NCBI RefSeq assembly: GCF_000019345.1
Contig: NC_010503.1
Location: forward strand, 420,001 to 452,000
Direction: 5' to 3'
DNA: 32,000 nucleotides
Source of the DNA: Ureaplasma parvum serovar 3 str. ATCC 27815
GTDB taxonomy: Bacteria; Bacillota_I; Bacilli_A; Mycoplasmatales; Mycoplasmoidaceae
The stretch's first letter is position 1. Each line of letters begins with the position of its first letter. Under the pieces are notes generated by a model. The model made no database searches and was not told the DNA's origin. It saw only the letters and a program-made list of their open reading frames with translations. Position numbers and translations under genes: made by a program. This document shows positions 1 through 13,100 of this stretch, one piece after another.

Positions 1-2
1 AT

Positions 3-92
3 GATGAAGTTGTTAATAAATACCATAACAATGTAGTTTATTTAAAAACACCAAAACAAATTGCACCATCAATTATTAAAGTAATGCGTTAA
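3..92 (+). CDS. 3' end of an unidentified CDS (partial, ...NKYHNNVVYLKTPKQIAPSIIKVMR*)
   Basis: Open frame from the window edge to TAA at 90-92, just upstream of alaS; too short to identify. Confidence 0.45.
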   Translation, partial: DEVVNKYHNNVVYLKTPKQIAPSIIKVMR

Positions 93-122
93 ATAATAAA
101 AAAGTAAGGAAGAATATTTATT

Positions 123-2835
<2,713 letters not shown>

Positions 2836-2843
<8 letters not shown>

Positions 2844-3279
2844 ATTAGCACTTGATTTAGGAACAAAATCATGTGGTTTTGCAATTAGTGATTTATTAGG
2901 AATAATTGCTAGCGGACTTGATAATTTTATTTATGAAGAAAATGATTTTACAGCTGTTTTAGCTAAAATTGATGAAATCATGATTAATTATCATCATGAA
3001 ATTGACACAATTGTTTTAGGTTATCCAACTAATGTTTATGATGGATCAAAAAATGAACGAACATATTTAATCGAATCATTTTATGCATTATTAAAACAAC
3101 ACTTTTTAAACCATGAAAAAATTAAAATTGTTTATGAGGATGAACGTTTTAGCACTAAAATTGCAACTCAACGTTTAAAAAATAGTTGTGTTAAAGCAGC
3201 TAAAATCAAAAAAGTTAAAGATAAAATGAGTGCTGTTGTTATTTTAGAAAGTTATTTAAGTAAAAATCATTTTAATTAA
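2836..3279 (+). CDS. ruvX: Putative pre-16S rRNA nuclease / Holliday junction resolvase-like (YqgF/RuvX family)
   Basis: [19 protein letters not shown]..., [25 protein letters not shown]; overlaps the alaS 3' end by 8 nt. Confidence 0.9.
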
Positions 3280-3294
3280 AGAAAGGTAAGACTT

Positions 3295-5715
3295 ATGTAT
3301 AATCACAATAAAATTGAAAAAAAATGACAAAAGTATTGACTAGATAATAAGACTTTTAAATTTGTTGATAATCCTAACAATCCTAAGAAATTTTATGTAT
3401 TAGACATGTTTCCATATCCTAGTGGAAAAGGATTGCATGTTGGTCATCCCAAAGGTTATACAGCAACTGATGTAATTAGTCGTTTTAAACGTTTGAATGG
3501 TTATGATGTTTTACATCCAATTGGTTGAGATGCTTTCGGTTTACCAGCAGAACAGTATGCATTAGAAACAAATAATCACCCTCATACTTTTACGCAACAA
3601 AATATTAAAATTTTTCGTAAACAATTACAAATGATTGGTTTTGATTTTGACTATGATAAAGAAGTTGATACAACCGATCCTCAATTTTATCAATGAACGC
3701 AATGGATTTTTGTGCAATTATATAAACATAATTTAGCTGAAATTCAAGATATTGATGTTAATTGATGCGAAAATTTAGGAACTGTTTTAAGTAATGAAGA
3801 AGTTGTTTTAAATGATAAAAACGAACGGGTAAGTGAGCGAGGTGGTCATCCTGTTGTTCGTAAACCAATGAAACAATGAGTTTTAAAAATTGTAGATTAT
3901 GCTGATAAATTATTAGATGGTTTAAATGAAGTTGAATTTAGTGAATCATTAAAATCGTTGCAACGTAATTGAATTGGTAAATCAATCGGTACTAGTGTGC
4001 AATTTAAGATTAAAGATTCACTTTTAACACTTGATGTGTTCACTACACGAATTGATACTATTTATGGGGTACAATACTTAGTAGTTGCACCAGAACATCC
4101 AATTCTTAAATCTATTACTAGTGAGCAACAAATTAATGTTGTTCAATCATATATTGAACAAACAAAGAAAATAAGCGATTTAGATCGCATTGCTGATACT
4201 AATAAAACTGGTGTTTTTAGTGGTGCATATGCTATTAATCCAATCAATCAAGAAATCATTCCAATTTGAGTAAGTGATTATGTTTTAATGAATTTTGCAA
4301 CTGGAGCTGTTATGGGTGTACCAGCACATGATGAACGTGATTATGCTTTTGCTAAAAAATATGCATTACCAATTAAAAGTGTAATTGATACAAAACAAAA
4401 ATTACCATATGCAGGTGATGGTTTACATATTAACTCAGCAATGATTAATGGTTTAAATATTAAACAATCTCAAAATGTTTTAAATGATTATTTAATTAAA
4501 AATCATCTAGGAAAAAAAGTTGCAAACTATAAATTGCGTAATTGAATTTTTAGTCGTCAACGTTATTGAGGTGAACCATTCCCAGTTTTATTCGATGAAA
4601 ATAATCAAATAAAGATTATCGAAGACTTACCTGTTTTATTACCAAATTTAAATGAATTTAAACCTTCTAAAACTGGTGAATCTCCCCTTGCAAATGCCCA
4701 AGAATGATTATATGTAGAAATTGATGGTAAAAAATATCGTCGCGAAACAAATACAATGCCACAATGAGCAGGCTCATCATGATATTTTTTAGCTTATATT
4801 TTAAAAAATGAAGATGGTTCATACACACCATTAAATAGTGAAGAAGCTAAAAAGCGTTTTGCTAAATGATTGCCAGTTGATGTTTATATTGGTGGACAAG
4901 AACATGCTGTTTTACATTTACTATATTCGCGTTTTTGACATCGTTTTTTGTATGATATTGGTGTAGTGCCAACAAAAGAACCATTTTATAAAGTAATTAA
5001 TCAGGGAATGATTTTAGGCGAAAATAATGAAAAAATGTCTAAATCAAAAGGGAATGTTATTAATCCTGATGATATTATTGCTTCGCATGGTGCTGATACA
5101 TTAAGAATTTATGAAATGTTTATGGGACCATTAACAGCTTCATTACCATGAAATCCGGATGGGTTAGATGCGATGCGAAAATGATTAGATCGCGTTTATC
5201 GTTTATATCATAATTTAAGTGAACTAGAAGTTGTCGAAGATCTTAATAAACTAAATGAAGAAATAATTATTGCCTATCATACTTTAATTAAAAATTACAC
5301 AAAAGCAATTAATGAACAAGCATTTAATATTGCGATTAGTGAAATGATGGTTTTTGTTAATGTTTTATACAAAAATAAAGTTATTAATTATGAATTATTA
5401 GATAATTTTTTAATTTTACTTTCATGCTATGCACCACATTTAGCGGAGGAATTATATAGTTTAAACCATTCAGAATCTGTTTGTTTACAAAAAATGCCTA
5501 TTTATGATGAACAAAAAATTATTGCTCAAAATATTACAATTCCAATTCAAATTAATGGTAAATTAAAGCACACAATCAATGTTTTAAGAGATACAAATGC
5601 TGAAGAGTTAGTTAATTTAGCATTGGCTTGTGAACAAGTTAAACAAGAAATTGGGGATCAACCAATTAAAAAACAAATCGTTGTTGTTAATAAAATTATT
5701 AATTTTGTTATTTAA
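3295..5715 (+). CDS. leuS: Leucyl-tRNA synthetase
   Basis: Frame with TGA=Trp joins several track ORFs; [18 protein letters not shown] (HIGH), editing domain [20 protein letters not shown] (KMSKS). RBS aaaggtaag upstream. Confidence 0.97.
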
Positions 5716-5897
5716 TGTTTTTTACTATGTAAAAAGACACTAATATTGATTTTTATTTACAATAAAAAAATAATTAACAAAACCCCAGTATTTTTTTCAA
5801 TAGGCTCATTTTAATGATAGATTAAACCTATTGTTATAAATATTTATAGCTTGTTAAAGCAATTACTAACAAAATAAAAAACCACCATTGTAAACTA

Positions 5898-7223
5898 GGA
5901 CAAAAAATTTAGACTCAAATAGATTTATTGTTCATATAAACATCCCACATTTGTTGGGGTGTTTTTAAATCAAATTTTTTGATAAATCTTTCATTATTAT
6001 ACAAATTAATAAATTTGTCTATTTCTATTTGCAATTCATTAAATGTTAAACTTTTTGCTTTTTGAAAAAAATTTGAAAATATTTCAGTTTTTAGAATAGA
6101 AAAGAAATATTCTACTTCTCTATTATCCAAAGAATTTCCAACTCTTGACATAGAAATAGTGCCATTAATTGAATCTATGTAATCAAGGAATTCCTTAGAG
6201 GAATATTGATATCCGTGATCTGAATGTACAATGAATTTTTTAGGAAATTTAGTTAGTTTAAAATGTTTTAAAACAAGATTAGTATCATTATATTTTGATA
6301 AATTCCAGCTCACAATTTTCTTTGTTTTATGATGCAATAAAACCGATAAATATACATGATTTTCTATAACATCAGTGGGTGAAGGAATATATGTCACATC
6401 GGTAGCATATATATCATTCATTTGGCCATCATAATCTCTATTGGCTAAGTTTTTGAATGTTGCATTAACATTCTTTATTTCTCTTTTTCTTTTGCTTCTT
6501 CTTATTTCGCATAGCAAACCCAATTTATTCATAATTCTGCCCAGAGTCCTTGGATTTATATCGATTTGGTACTTTTTCTTTTAAAAAAAGTGAAAGTCTT
6601 TCCCTTCCAAATCTTCCTTTGCATTCAATAAAAGCCTCTTTTATTTGTTTTTCATATTGAATTGCCTTGTTTTTGGCTGGCAATTTAAATTTTTTAATTC
6701 CTAAAATAGTGATAATTTTGCTTTATTGATATTGAAAAATTATGCTTCTTTTTAATTTTTTTCAACAACTTCTTCTAAATTTTTGCTATTGTTGCGTTTT
6801 AAAATTTCTTCATAAAAAATATCAGTAATGAGATATTCAAGTTGTTCTCTTGACATTTCTTTTAAAGTTTTTTCACGAAGTTTTTTTCTTGTTCAATATC
6901 TCTTTTTCTCGTGCGACTTGAGCCCTTACCTTTTTTTGGTAGCCTTGCCTGTTTGCGAATTTATATTCATACCTAAATTATAGAGTTTATATTTGGTTTT
7001 AATTAGTTTTAAACTATATTTATTTAGTTGCCTTCCATTACTAATTTCACAATATTTATATGATAAAAATTCTTTAGAAATATCATAATTTAAATATTGT
7101 TCATATCAAAAAAATATTGATAATCATTCATCTTCTCTTAATTGTCTTCCCATAATAATTTAACCTTTCAATAATAAAAATAAAGACTCGCTTTTTTTCA
7201 TTACGAGTCTAATTTTTTTGTTC
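5898..7223 (-). mobile_element. IS3-family-like insertion element, probably degenerate
   Basis: Terminal inverted repeats: left GGACAAAAAATTTAGACTC (5898-5916) versus reverse complement of right (7205-7223) GAACAAAAAAATTAGACTC, 17/19 identical, enclosing orfA/orfB-like transposase frames on the minus strand. Confidence 0.82.
5909..7153 (-). pseudogene. IS3-type transposase (orfA + orfB), disrupted
   Basis: orfA-like frame starts at 7153 (MGRQLREDEWLSIFF...) and has an in-frame TAA at 6926-6928. It reaches a slippery A7 run near 6756-6762; the -1 frame then meets TAA at 6723-6725, and a further frameshift lies near 6570. The orfB DDE core is intact from 6532 down: DIYATDVTYIP, FIVHSDHGYQYSS, EYFFSILKTEIF. 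Confidence 0.75.
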
Positions 7224-7230
7224 AGGTTTA

Positions 7231-7297
7231 AAAAATGGGCTTTTTTTATTTACTAAAATTTAAATTCTGAAAATTATCAGTTTTAAAATAATAAAAA
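7231..7297 (+). repeat. Copy 1 of a ~67 bp terminator-containing repeat flanking the mba locus
   Basis: aaaaatgggctttttttatttActaaaattTaaattctGaaaattatcagttttaaaAtaataaaaaa matches 9624-9690 with about 4 mismatches, same orientation. Confidence 0.85.
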
Positions 7298-7320
7298 ATA
7301 GCTCAATTTTTTGAGCTATT
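7297..7320 (-). terminator. Rho-independent terminator of mba
   Basis: Perfect 10-bp stem aatagctcaa-tttt-ttgagctatt with a T-run on the minus strand, just after the mba stop codon. Confidence 0.8.
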
Positions 7321-7351
7321 TAATTTAAATTTTATTTTTTAACTAAAGTAA

Positions 7352-8545
7352 TTATTTTCCAGTAGTTTCTTTACCTGCTGGTTGTTCTTTACCTGCTGGT
7401 TGTTCTTTACCTGCTGGTTGTTCTTTACCTGCTGGTTGTTCTTTACCTGCTGGTTGTTCTTTACCTGCTGGTTGTTCTTTACCTGCTGGTTGTTCTTTAC
7501 CTGCTGGTTGTTCTTTACCTGCTGGTTGTTCTTTACCTGCTGGTTGTTCTTTACCTGCTGGTTGTTCTTTACCTGCTGGTTGTTCTTTACCTGCTGGTTG
7601 TTCTTTACCTGCTGGTTGTTCTTTACCTGCTGGTTGTTCTTTACCTGCTGGTTGTTCTTTACCTGCTGGTTGTTCTTTACCTGCTGGTTGTTCTTTACCT
7701 GCTGGTTGTTCTTTACCTGCTGGTTGTTCTTTACCTGCTGGTTGTTCTTTACCTGCTGGTTGTTCTTTACCTGCTGGTTGTTCTTTACCTGCTGGTTGTT
7801 CTTTACCTGCTGGTTGTTCTTTACCTGCTGGTTGTTCTTTACCTGCTGGTTGTTCTTTACCTGCTGGTTGTTCTTTACCTGCTGGTTGTTCTTTACCTGC
7901 TGGTTGTTCTTTACCTGCTGGTTGTTCTTTACCTGCTGGTTGTTCTTTACCTGCTGGTTGTTCTTTACCTGCTGGTTGTTCTTTACCTGCTGGTTGTTCT
8001 TTACCTGCTGGTTGTTCTTTACCTGCTGGTTGTTCTTTACCTGCTGGTTGTTCTTTACCTGCTGGTTGTTCTTTACCTGCTGGTTGTTCTTTACCTGGTT
8101 GTGTAGTTTCAAAGTTCACTTTTTCTGTTTGATAATTCAAATTATCAGATATTAACAAACCTGAAGTCTTGATTAATCCACTTTTACTAATAATAGTTAA
8201 TTGTTCATTAGGTTTTGGTTCACGAGGTAATTTAACGTAAATTTTTTCACCAACTAAATGACCTTTTTCAAGTGTACTTTCTGTTTTGTTTTCAGCTGAT
8301 GTAAGTGCAGCATTAAATTCAATGTTACTTAATGATTTTTTATCATCATTACTTAGATCTTTAAAGTTTTCAATTTCGTAAACCGCATAAAAACTTTTAC
8401 CGTCTGTTGATTTAGCAAATTGGTTACTTAACTTAGATTTAACAGTTGAATTAGAACATGAAGCTGCTATAGCAACTATTCCAGCTCCAACTAAGGTAAC
8501 ACCTAATGTCATAGCTCAGAATTTTTTATTTTTTAATAATTTCAT
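7352..8545 (-). CDS. mba: Multiple banded antigen (MBA) surface lipoprotein, 397 aa, C-terminus of GKEQPA repeats
   Basis: True start is ATG at 8545 when TGA=Trp (MKLLKNKKFWAMTLGVTLVGAGIVAIAASCSNS, lipobox AASC). The hexapeptide GKEQPA tandem array is the hallmark of Ureaplasma parvum MBA. Confidence 0.97.
7376..8095 (-). repeat. 40 tandem copies of an 18-bp unit (GGTAAAGAACAACCAGCA = GKEQPA)
   Basis: 720 bp = 40 x 18 between the first GGT (8093-8095) and the closing GKETTGK*; units appear identical throughout. Confidence 0.95.
8108..8142 (-). repeat. Recombination-site-like repeat, copy A (in mba)
   Basis: Reverse complement is atttgaattatcaaacagaaaaagtgaactttgaa, identical over 35 bp to 8854-8888 in opposite orientation; encodes NYQTEKVNFE in frame. 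Confidence 0.93.
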
Positions 8546-8853
8546 TTATGATTCTCCTAATATAAAAAATATGTCATTTTATTGTTTTTATTTAATATAT
8601 GTAAAAAATATGAACACTAAGATTTGGTAATCTTACATAATTTCTACAGTAATTAATTTTTAATTTTAACGAAAACATATAAAGATTGCAAATACTTTTT
8701 ATTTAGCACTTGCACTTTTAATTATATAATTTTTACTATTTTTTTTATTTTTTTATTTTTCTGCATTATCGATAACATTATTAGATATTTTTTATTATAA
8801 ATTATGATTAAAAATTTAATTATATATCTATATTATTTTTAATAAGTTTTATT

Positions 8854-8888
8854 ATTTGAATTATCAAACAGAAAAAGTGAACTTTGAA
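8854..8888 (+). repeat. Recombination-site-like repeat, copy B (start of cassette B)
   Basis: 35-bp identical inverted copy of site A, same codon phase (NYQTEKVNFE). Confidence 0.93.
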
Positions 8889-9605
8889 GCAGCTTCAGCT
8901 CCAAGCCAACAACCATCTCCGACTCCAGCTCCAAAAACTGAAGAACCAAAAGAAAATGGTGGTAGCGAACAGCAAGCTGATCAACCAGAAAATTCTAAAA
9001 AAGATGATGTTGTAGCTAGTGGTGTAAAAATTAGTGAAGTCAAAAATAATACTGCTACTATTGAAGTTACATTTAGTAAATTTGAATTAGCAGATGCTAA
9101 TAAAAAAGATTTTGTTTTAGAAGTTATTAAGAAAGCTGATACAAATCCAATTCAAGCAAGTGATTTAAAATATGATGAAGCATCTAAAACATTAAGCGGT
9201 AAACTAAGTGGTTTAAATTCAAATGTTGACTATGAAATTTCAAAACTAACTTTAAATGGTAAAGAAGTCAAATTTAATGAAGAAGAGTTGTTAAAATCAT
9301 ATGTTAAAAATGCAAAATTATTTATGACATTCAACAAAGAAAATAAGAAAATTAATGTTAAATTACAAAATTTTGATATTTTAAATTCTTTAGAAGAAAA
9401 TCAACCTATATTAACATTTGATATTGAAATTAAAAAAGATAGTAGTTTACAAGTAGTTCATAAATCATTAACAAAGAATCAATTATCAAATCTTAATGGT
9501 TTAGAAATTGATTTAAAAGATAAAATGAATGGAAATAATGCAAATTATGATGTTAAATTAACCAATGCTAAATTGTTAAATGTTAACATAGAAACACAAA
9601 AATAA
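8856..9605 (+). CDS. Silent MBA paralog C-terminal cassette (UU376-like), lacks its own signal peptide and start region
   Basis: Begins inside site B (NYQTEKVNFEAASAPSQQPSPTPAPKTEEPKENGG...), no lipoprotein signal; ends TAA 9603-9605 followed by a terminator hairpin. Only non-canonical TTG available at 8856. Confidence 0.8.
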   Translation: MNYQTEKVNFEAASAPSQQPSPTPAPKTEEPKENGGSEQQADQPENSKKDDVVASGVKISEVKNNTATIEVTFSKFELADANKKDFVLEVIKKADTNPIQASDLKYDEASKTLSGKLSGLNSNVDYEISKLTLNGKEVKFNEEELLKSYVKNAKLFMTFNKENKKINVKLQNFDILNSLEENQPILTFDIEIKKDSSLQVVHKSLTKNQLSNLNGLEIDLKDKMNGNNANYDVKLTNAKLLNVNIETQK

Positions 9606-9615
9606 TATAAATAAA

Positions 9616-9640
9616 AATAGCTCAAAAATGGGCTTTTTTT
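9616..9640 (+). terminator. Terminator after cassette B
   Basis: tAGCTCaaaaatGGGCTttttttt hairpin plus T-run. Confidence 0.6.
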
Positions 9641-9690
9641 ATTTATTAAAATTCAAATTCTAAAAATTATCAGTTTTAAAGTAATAAAAA
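9624..9690 (+). repeat. Copy 2 of the ~67 bp terminator-containing repeat
   Basis: Matches 7231-7297, same orientation, offset 2393 bp. Confidence 0.85.
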
Positions 9691-9730
9691 AACCAATCAA
9701 TAGATCTTGTTTTTAAGATTTTTGAGTGGT
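9691..9730. terminator. Probable terminator for cassette C (possibly bidirectional)
   Basis: aaccaatcaatagatctt-gttttt-aagatttttgagtggt imperfect hairpin with T-run on the minus strand. Confidence 0.5.
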
Positions 9731-9746
9731 ATTTATTAATAAATTT

Positions 9747-9961
9747 TTATTTTTTAGCTTCTTCTAATTCTTCTTTAGCTTTATCAACTGCTTCTTGTTT
9801 TGTTGTTTGATTAGTTTTAGCTGTTTCTAATAATTGATTTGCGTTTTTTGATTCTTTAGTTGCTTCATCTAATTTTGTTTTAGCAGCATCAGCAACTTTT
9901 TGTTTGCTTTCAACATCAGTTTTAGCAGTTGTTAATTCTTTTTCTGTTTGATAATTCAAAT
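9747..9961 (-). other. Second silent cassette (C): short coiled-coil-like C-terminus without promoter or start
   Basis: Minus strand NLNYQTEKELTTAKTDVESKQKVADAAKTKLDEATKESKNANQLLETAKTNQTTKQEAVDKAKEELEEAKK*; starts inside site C. The upstream 9962-9980 part of the track ORF looks non-coding. Confidence 0.75.
9936..9961 (-). repeat. Recombination-site-like repeat, copy C
   Basis: ctttttctgtttgataattcaaatta, 26 bp identical to 8119-8144 (direct orientation to A, inverted to B), same codon phase (NYQTEK). Confidence 0.9.
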
Positions 9962-10128
9962 TAAAAATATAAAATATCAAGTAATTTATATTTTAAAACA
10001 TTTTTGAAACAAAATTTTGTTATATAAATACTTATATATTATAAAATAATAAAAATAAGATTATTCAAGTAATAAATGCAACTTAATATTATTGGTCTGC
10101 ATTTATTTTTATAAATATAGGTGTTAAA

Positions 10129-13100
10129 ATGGAAACAAAGAATGCATTATTTAAAAAGATTGTAAAAATTTCTGATCAATTATTAAATAAAATTAGTATC
10201 AAAAAATTAACTAAAGATAAAAAAAATAATTTATTTGTTTATTTTGACGAATTTGTTGATGTAACAATTATTGATGAATTACATCAATTATCAAAAACAA
10301 CATTAATGCATGATTTACAAATTTGATATATTAATAATTTAAAAGAAGTTGATCATAAAAAAATATTAACTTTTTTTAAAAAAATTAGTGAACAAAATGC
10401 TAATTTAATCTTTTTAGAACAAATAAATGATTTAAATACAAAAATAGAATATAACTCTAATTTAAATTCATTAATTTTAAAAATTAATGATAAATTAATT
10501 TATGATCATTTTATAGCAAATAAATTAGAAATTTTAAACATCTTAAAAGTTTGATCACTACCTTATAGTAATTTTGAAATTCATTTTGAAAATCTTAGTT
10601 CATTATTAAATGAAAAGCATGAACAAGCAGTAAATGAAATTATTAGTCATCATATTCAACAACAAAAACATTTAGAACAACAAATTAGTCAGCAGCAAAA
10701 TTTTTATAATAATCAAAAGGCAAATTTTAATTATTATAAAAATCCTTCAAATAAAACAATTACAAAATTAATTGATATTAATCCTTTAATGAATAATGCA
10801 AAAATTCGAGCTTATGTTTTTTTAAAAAAGATTGATATATTAAAAAGTGGAGCAATAGCTTATAAACTAAATGTTATTGATGATAGTGAAACCTTAACAA
10901 TTATGACTTATTTACCAAGCGGTGAACATCCTTTAAAAAAGTTTTTAGATGAACTGAAAATTGATCAATTAATCGAGGCTGAAATTGATATTGTTTTAGA
11001 TAATATGAGTAAGAGTGGTCAAGTTCCTATTGGTAAAATTAAAAAAATTTGTTGCGTTGAAGATAAACATGTAAAAAAACAAATCACACCTCGTTTAGAA
11101 CTAAATTTTCATACAAAAATGTCATCACTTGATGCAATTATTTCGACACAAGAATTAATTGATTTTGCGGTTAAGAATCAATTAAAAACAATTGGCATCA
11201 CTGATCGAAATGTTGTACAAGCATATCCTGAAATCGCTAAATTTTCTAAAAAACAAGATTTAAAAATTATTTATGGTTTAGAAACAGAAGAATTAGAAGA
11301 TCAAATCCCATTAGTTTTAAATGTTCGGGATCAAAATTTAGATAATGCTACATATGTTATTTTTGATATTGAAACAACAGGATTATTTCCTAATTTTGAT
11401 GAAATTATTGAATTTGGGGCCGTGATTATGCAAAATAATAAGCAAATTGGGGAAAAAATTCAATTTTTTATAAAACCTATTCAACAAATTAATGAGAATG
11501 TTACTAATCTAACTAATATTAGTCAAGAAATGGTCAATAATGCAATTGATGAAAAAACAGCATTATTAAAAATTAAAGAAATTTTTGATGACCATATTTT
11601 AGTTGCACATAATGGAATTAATTTTGATATTAATTTTATTAATCAGAGACTGTTAAAATGAGGATTAGAACCTCTTAAAAATCCTAGTATTGATACATTA
11701 ATGATATCACGAGCAATAAATCCATTTAAAAGTCATCGATTAGGAGCGATTTGTAAAAAATATGAAGTTGATTATAATGATGAAAGTGCACACCGTGCAG
11801 ACTATGATGCCATAGTTTTAGCTGATGTTTTTAAAGTTATGAAAAATAACTTATTTAATGATTTTGGAATTACTAATTTAAGTGAAATTAATACTAAATT
11901 ACAAACAACAATGTTAAAAAATCGTAGTTTTGGTAATTGAATTAATCTTTATATTAAAAATCAAGCAAATGTTAAAGATATGTATGAATTAGTGTCTATA
12001 TCTCATACTGATATGTATTATACAAGACCAACAATTACGACAAGCTTTTTAGCAAATAAAAAAGATAAATTAATTATTTCTAACTCGATTCACGAATCAG
12101 ATTTAATCAATGCTTTATATTCAAAAAACGATGAAGAAATTAAAAGGTTAATTCAACGTTATGATTTTATAACATTACCATCATTAGGTTCACAAAAACA
12201 CTTAGTATATGCTAAAAAAATTACAATTGAAAATGTACAAAAAGCTTTTAAAAAATTGATCTATTTAGCTTTAGAATTAAACAAGATTATTATTTATTCA
12301 AGCTCGCCTTATTATTTCTTTAAAGATGATAAAAAATTTTATGATGTTTATGTTAATACGAAAGGTCTCGAAGGTAAAGCACACCGATTTGCTAATGAAG
12401 TTTATGTTCCTGATTTAGAATATATTGATCAAAAAAATGCCATTGATGAATTAGCTTATTTAGAAGATGAAAAGTTAATTAACTTGATTATTAATGAGAA
12501 TCCTGTGCATATTAATAGTTGATTTGATGATAGCATACAACCTTTAAAAGAAGGATTGTATGCTCCAAAAATGGAAGGTGTTGATCAAAAAACAATCGAT
12601 TATGTTTATCATACTGCTAAAAAAATATATGGAGAGAATTTACCAACAATTGTTGAACAGCGCATTAAAAAAGAATTAAATTCAATTATTAAACATGGTT
12701 TTAGTGTTGTTTATTGAATTTCACATTTATTAGTAGAAAAATCAATGCAAGATGGTTATGGTGTTGGTAGTCGTGGTTCGGTTGGCTCATCACTTGTCGC
12801 AACGTTTTTAAATATTACTGACGTTAATCCGCTTACACCACATTATTTATGTCCTAATTGTAAAAAATGTGAATTTATAACAAACGCTGATGATGGATTT
12901 GATTTAGCTCCTAAAAGTTGTGAGCAGTGTCAAACTCCAATGTTAACTGATGGACATAATATTCCTTTTGAAACTTTTTTAGGTTTTGATGGGGATAAAG
13001 TACCAGATATTGATCTTAATTTTTCTGGAGTTTATCAAGCAGTTGCACATAATTTTATTAAAAGTATTTTTGGAGAAACACATTCTTATCGTGCTGGTAC

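Larger units (their letters stand above)
8108..8888. other. Predicted invertible segment carrying the mba 5' region (signal peptide plus upstream region)
   Basis: Bounded by the 35-bp inverted repeats A and B. Inversion would fuse the MBA N-terminus to cassette B. Consistent with published MBA/UU376 alternate phase variation in U. parvum. Confidence 0.8.

Noticed and set aside
5798-5833. caatagg...cctattg dyad downstream of leuS as a terminator
   Set aside because: 7-bp stem with a 22-nt loop and no T-run after it; weak, function not supported.
7376-8095. Possible CRISPR array
   Set aside because: Repeats are contiguous 18-mers with no spacers and are coding (GKEQPA).
7339-8112. Minus-strand ORF of (NNQQVK)n
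   Set aside because: Off-frame translation of the 18-bp mba repeat; no stops arise because the unit length is a multiple of 3.
7382-8155. Plus-strand ORF of (FFTCWL)n
   Set aside because: Antisense read-through of the same perfect repeat array, not a real gene.
8680-8720. tttagcacttgcacttttaa upstream of mba as a second CIRCE-like operator
   Set aside because: Lacks the 9-nt spacer and the proper right arm GAGTGCTAA; likely coincidental.
8856-9605. Cassette B as an independently expressed gene from TTG 8856
   Set aside because: No RBS or signal peptide in front; the frame starts inside the inversion site, so it is better explained as a silent cassette.
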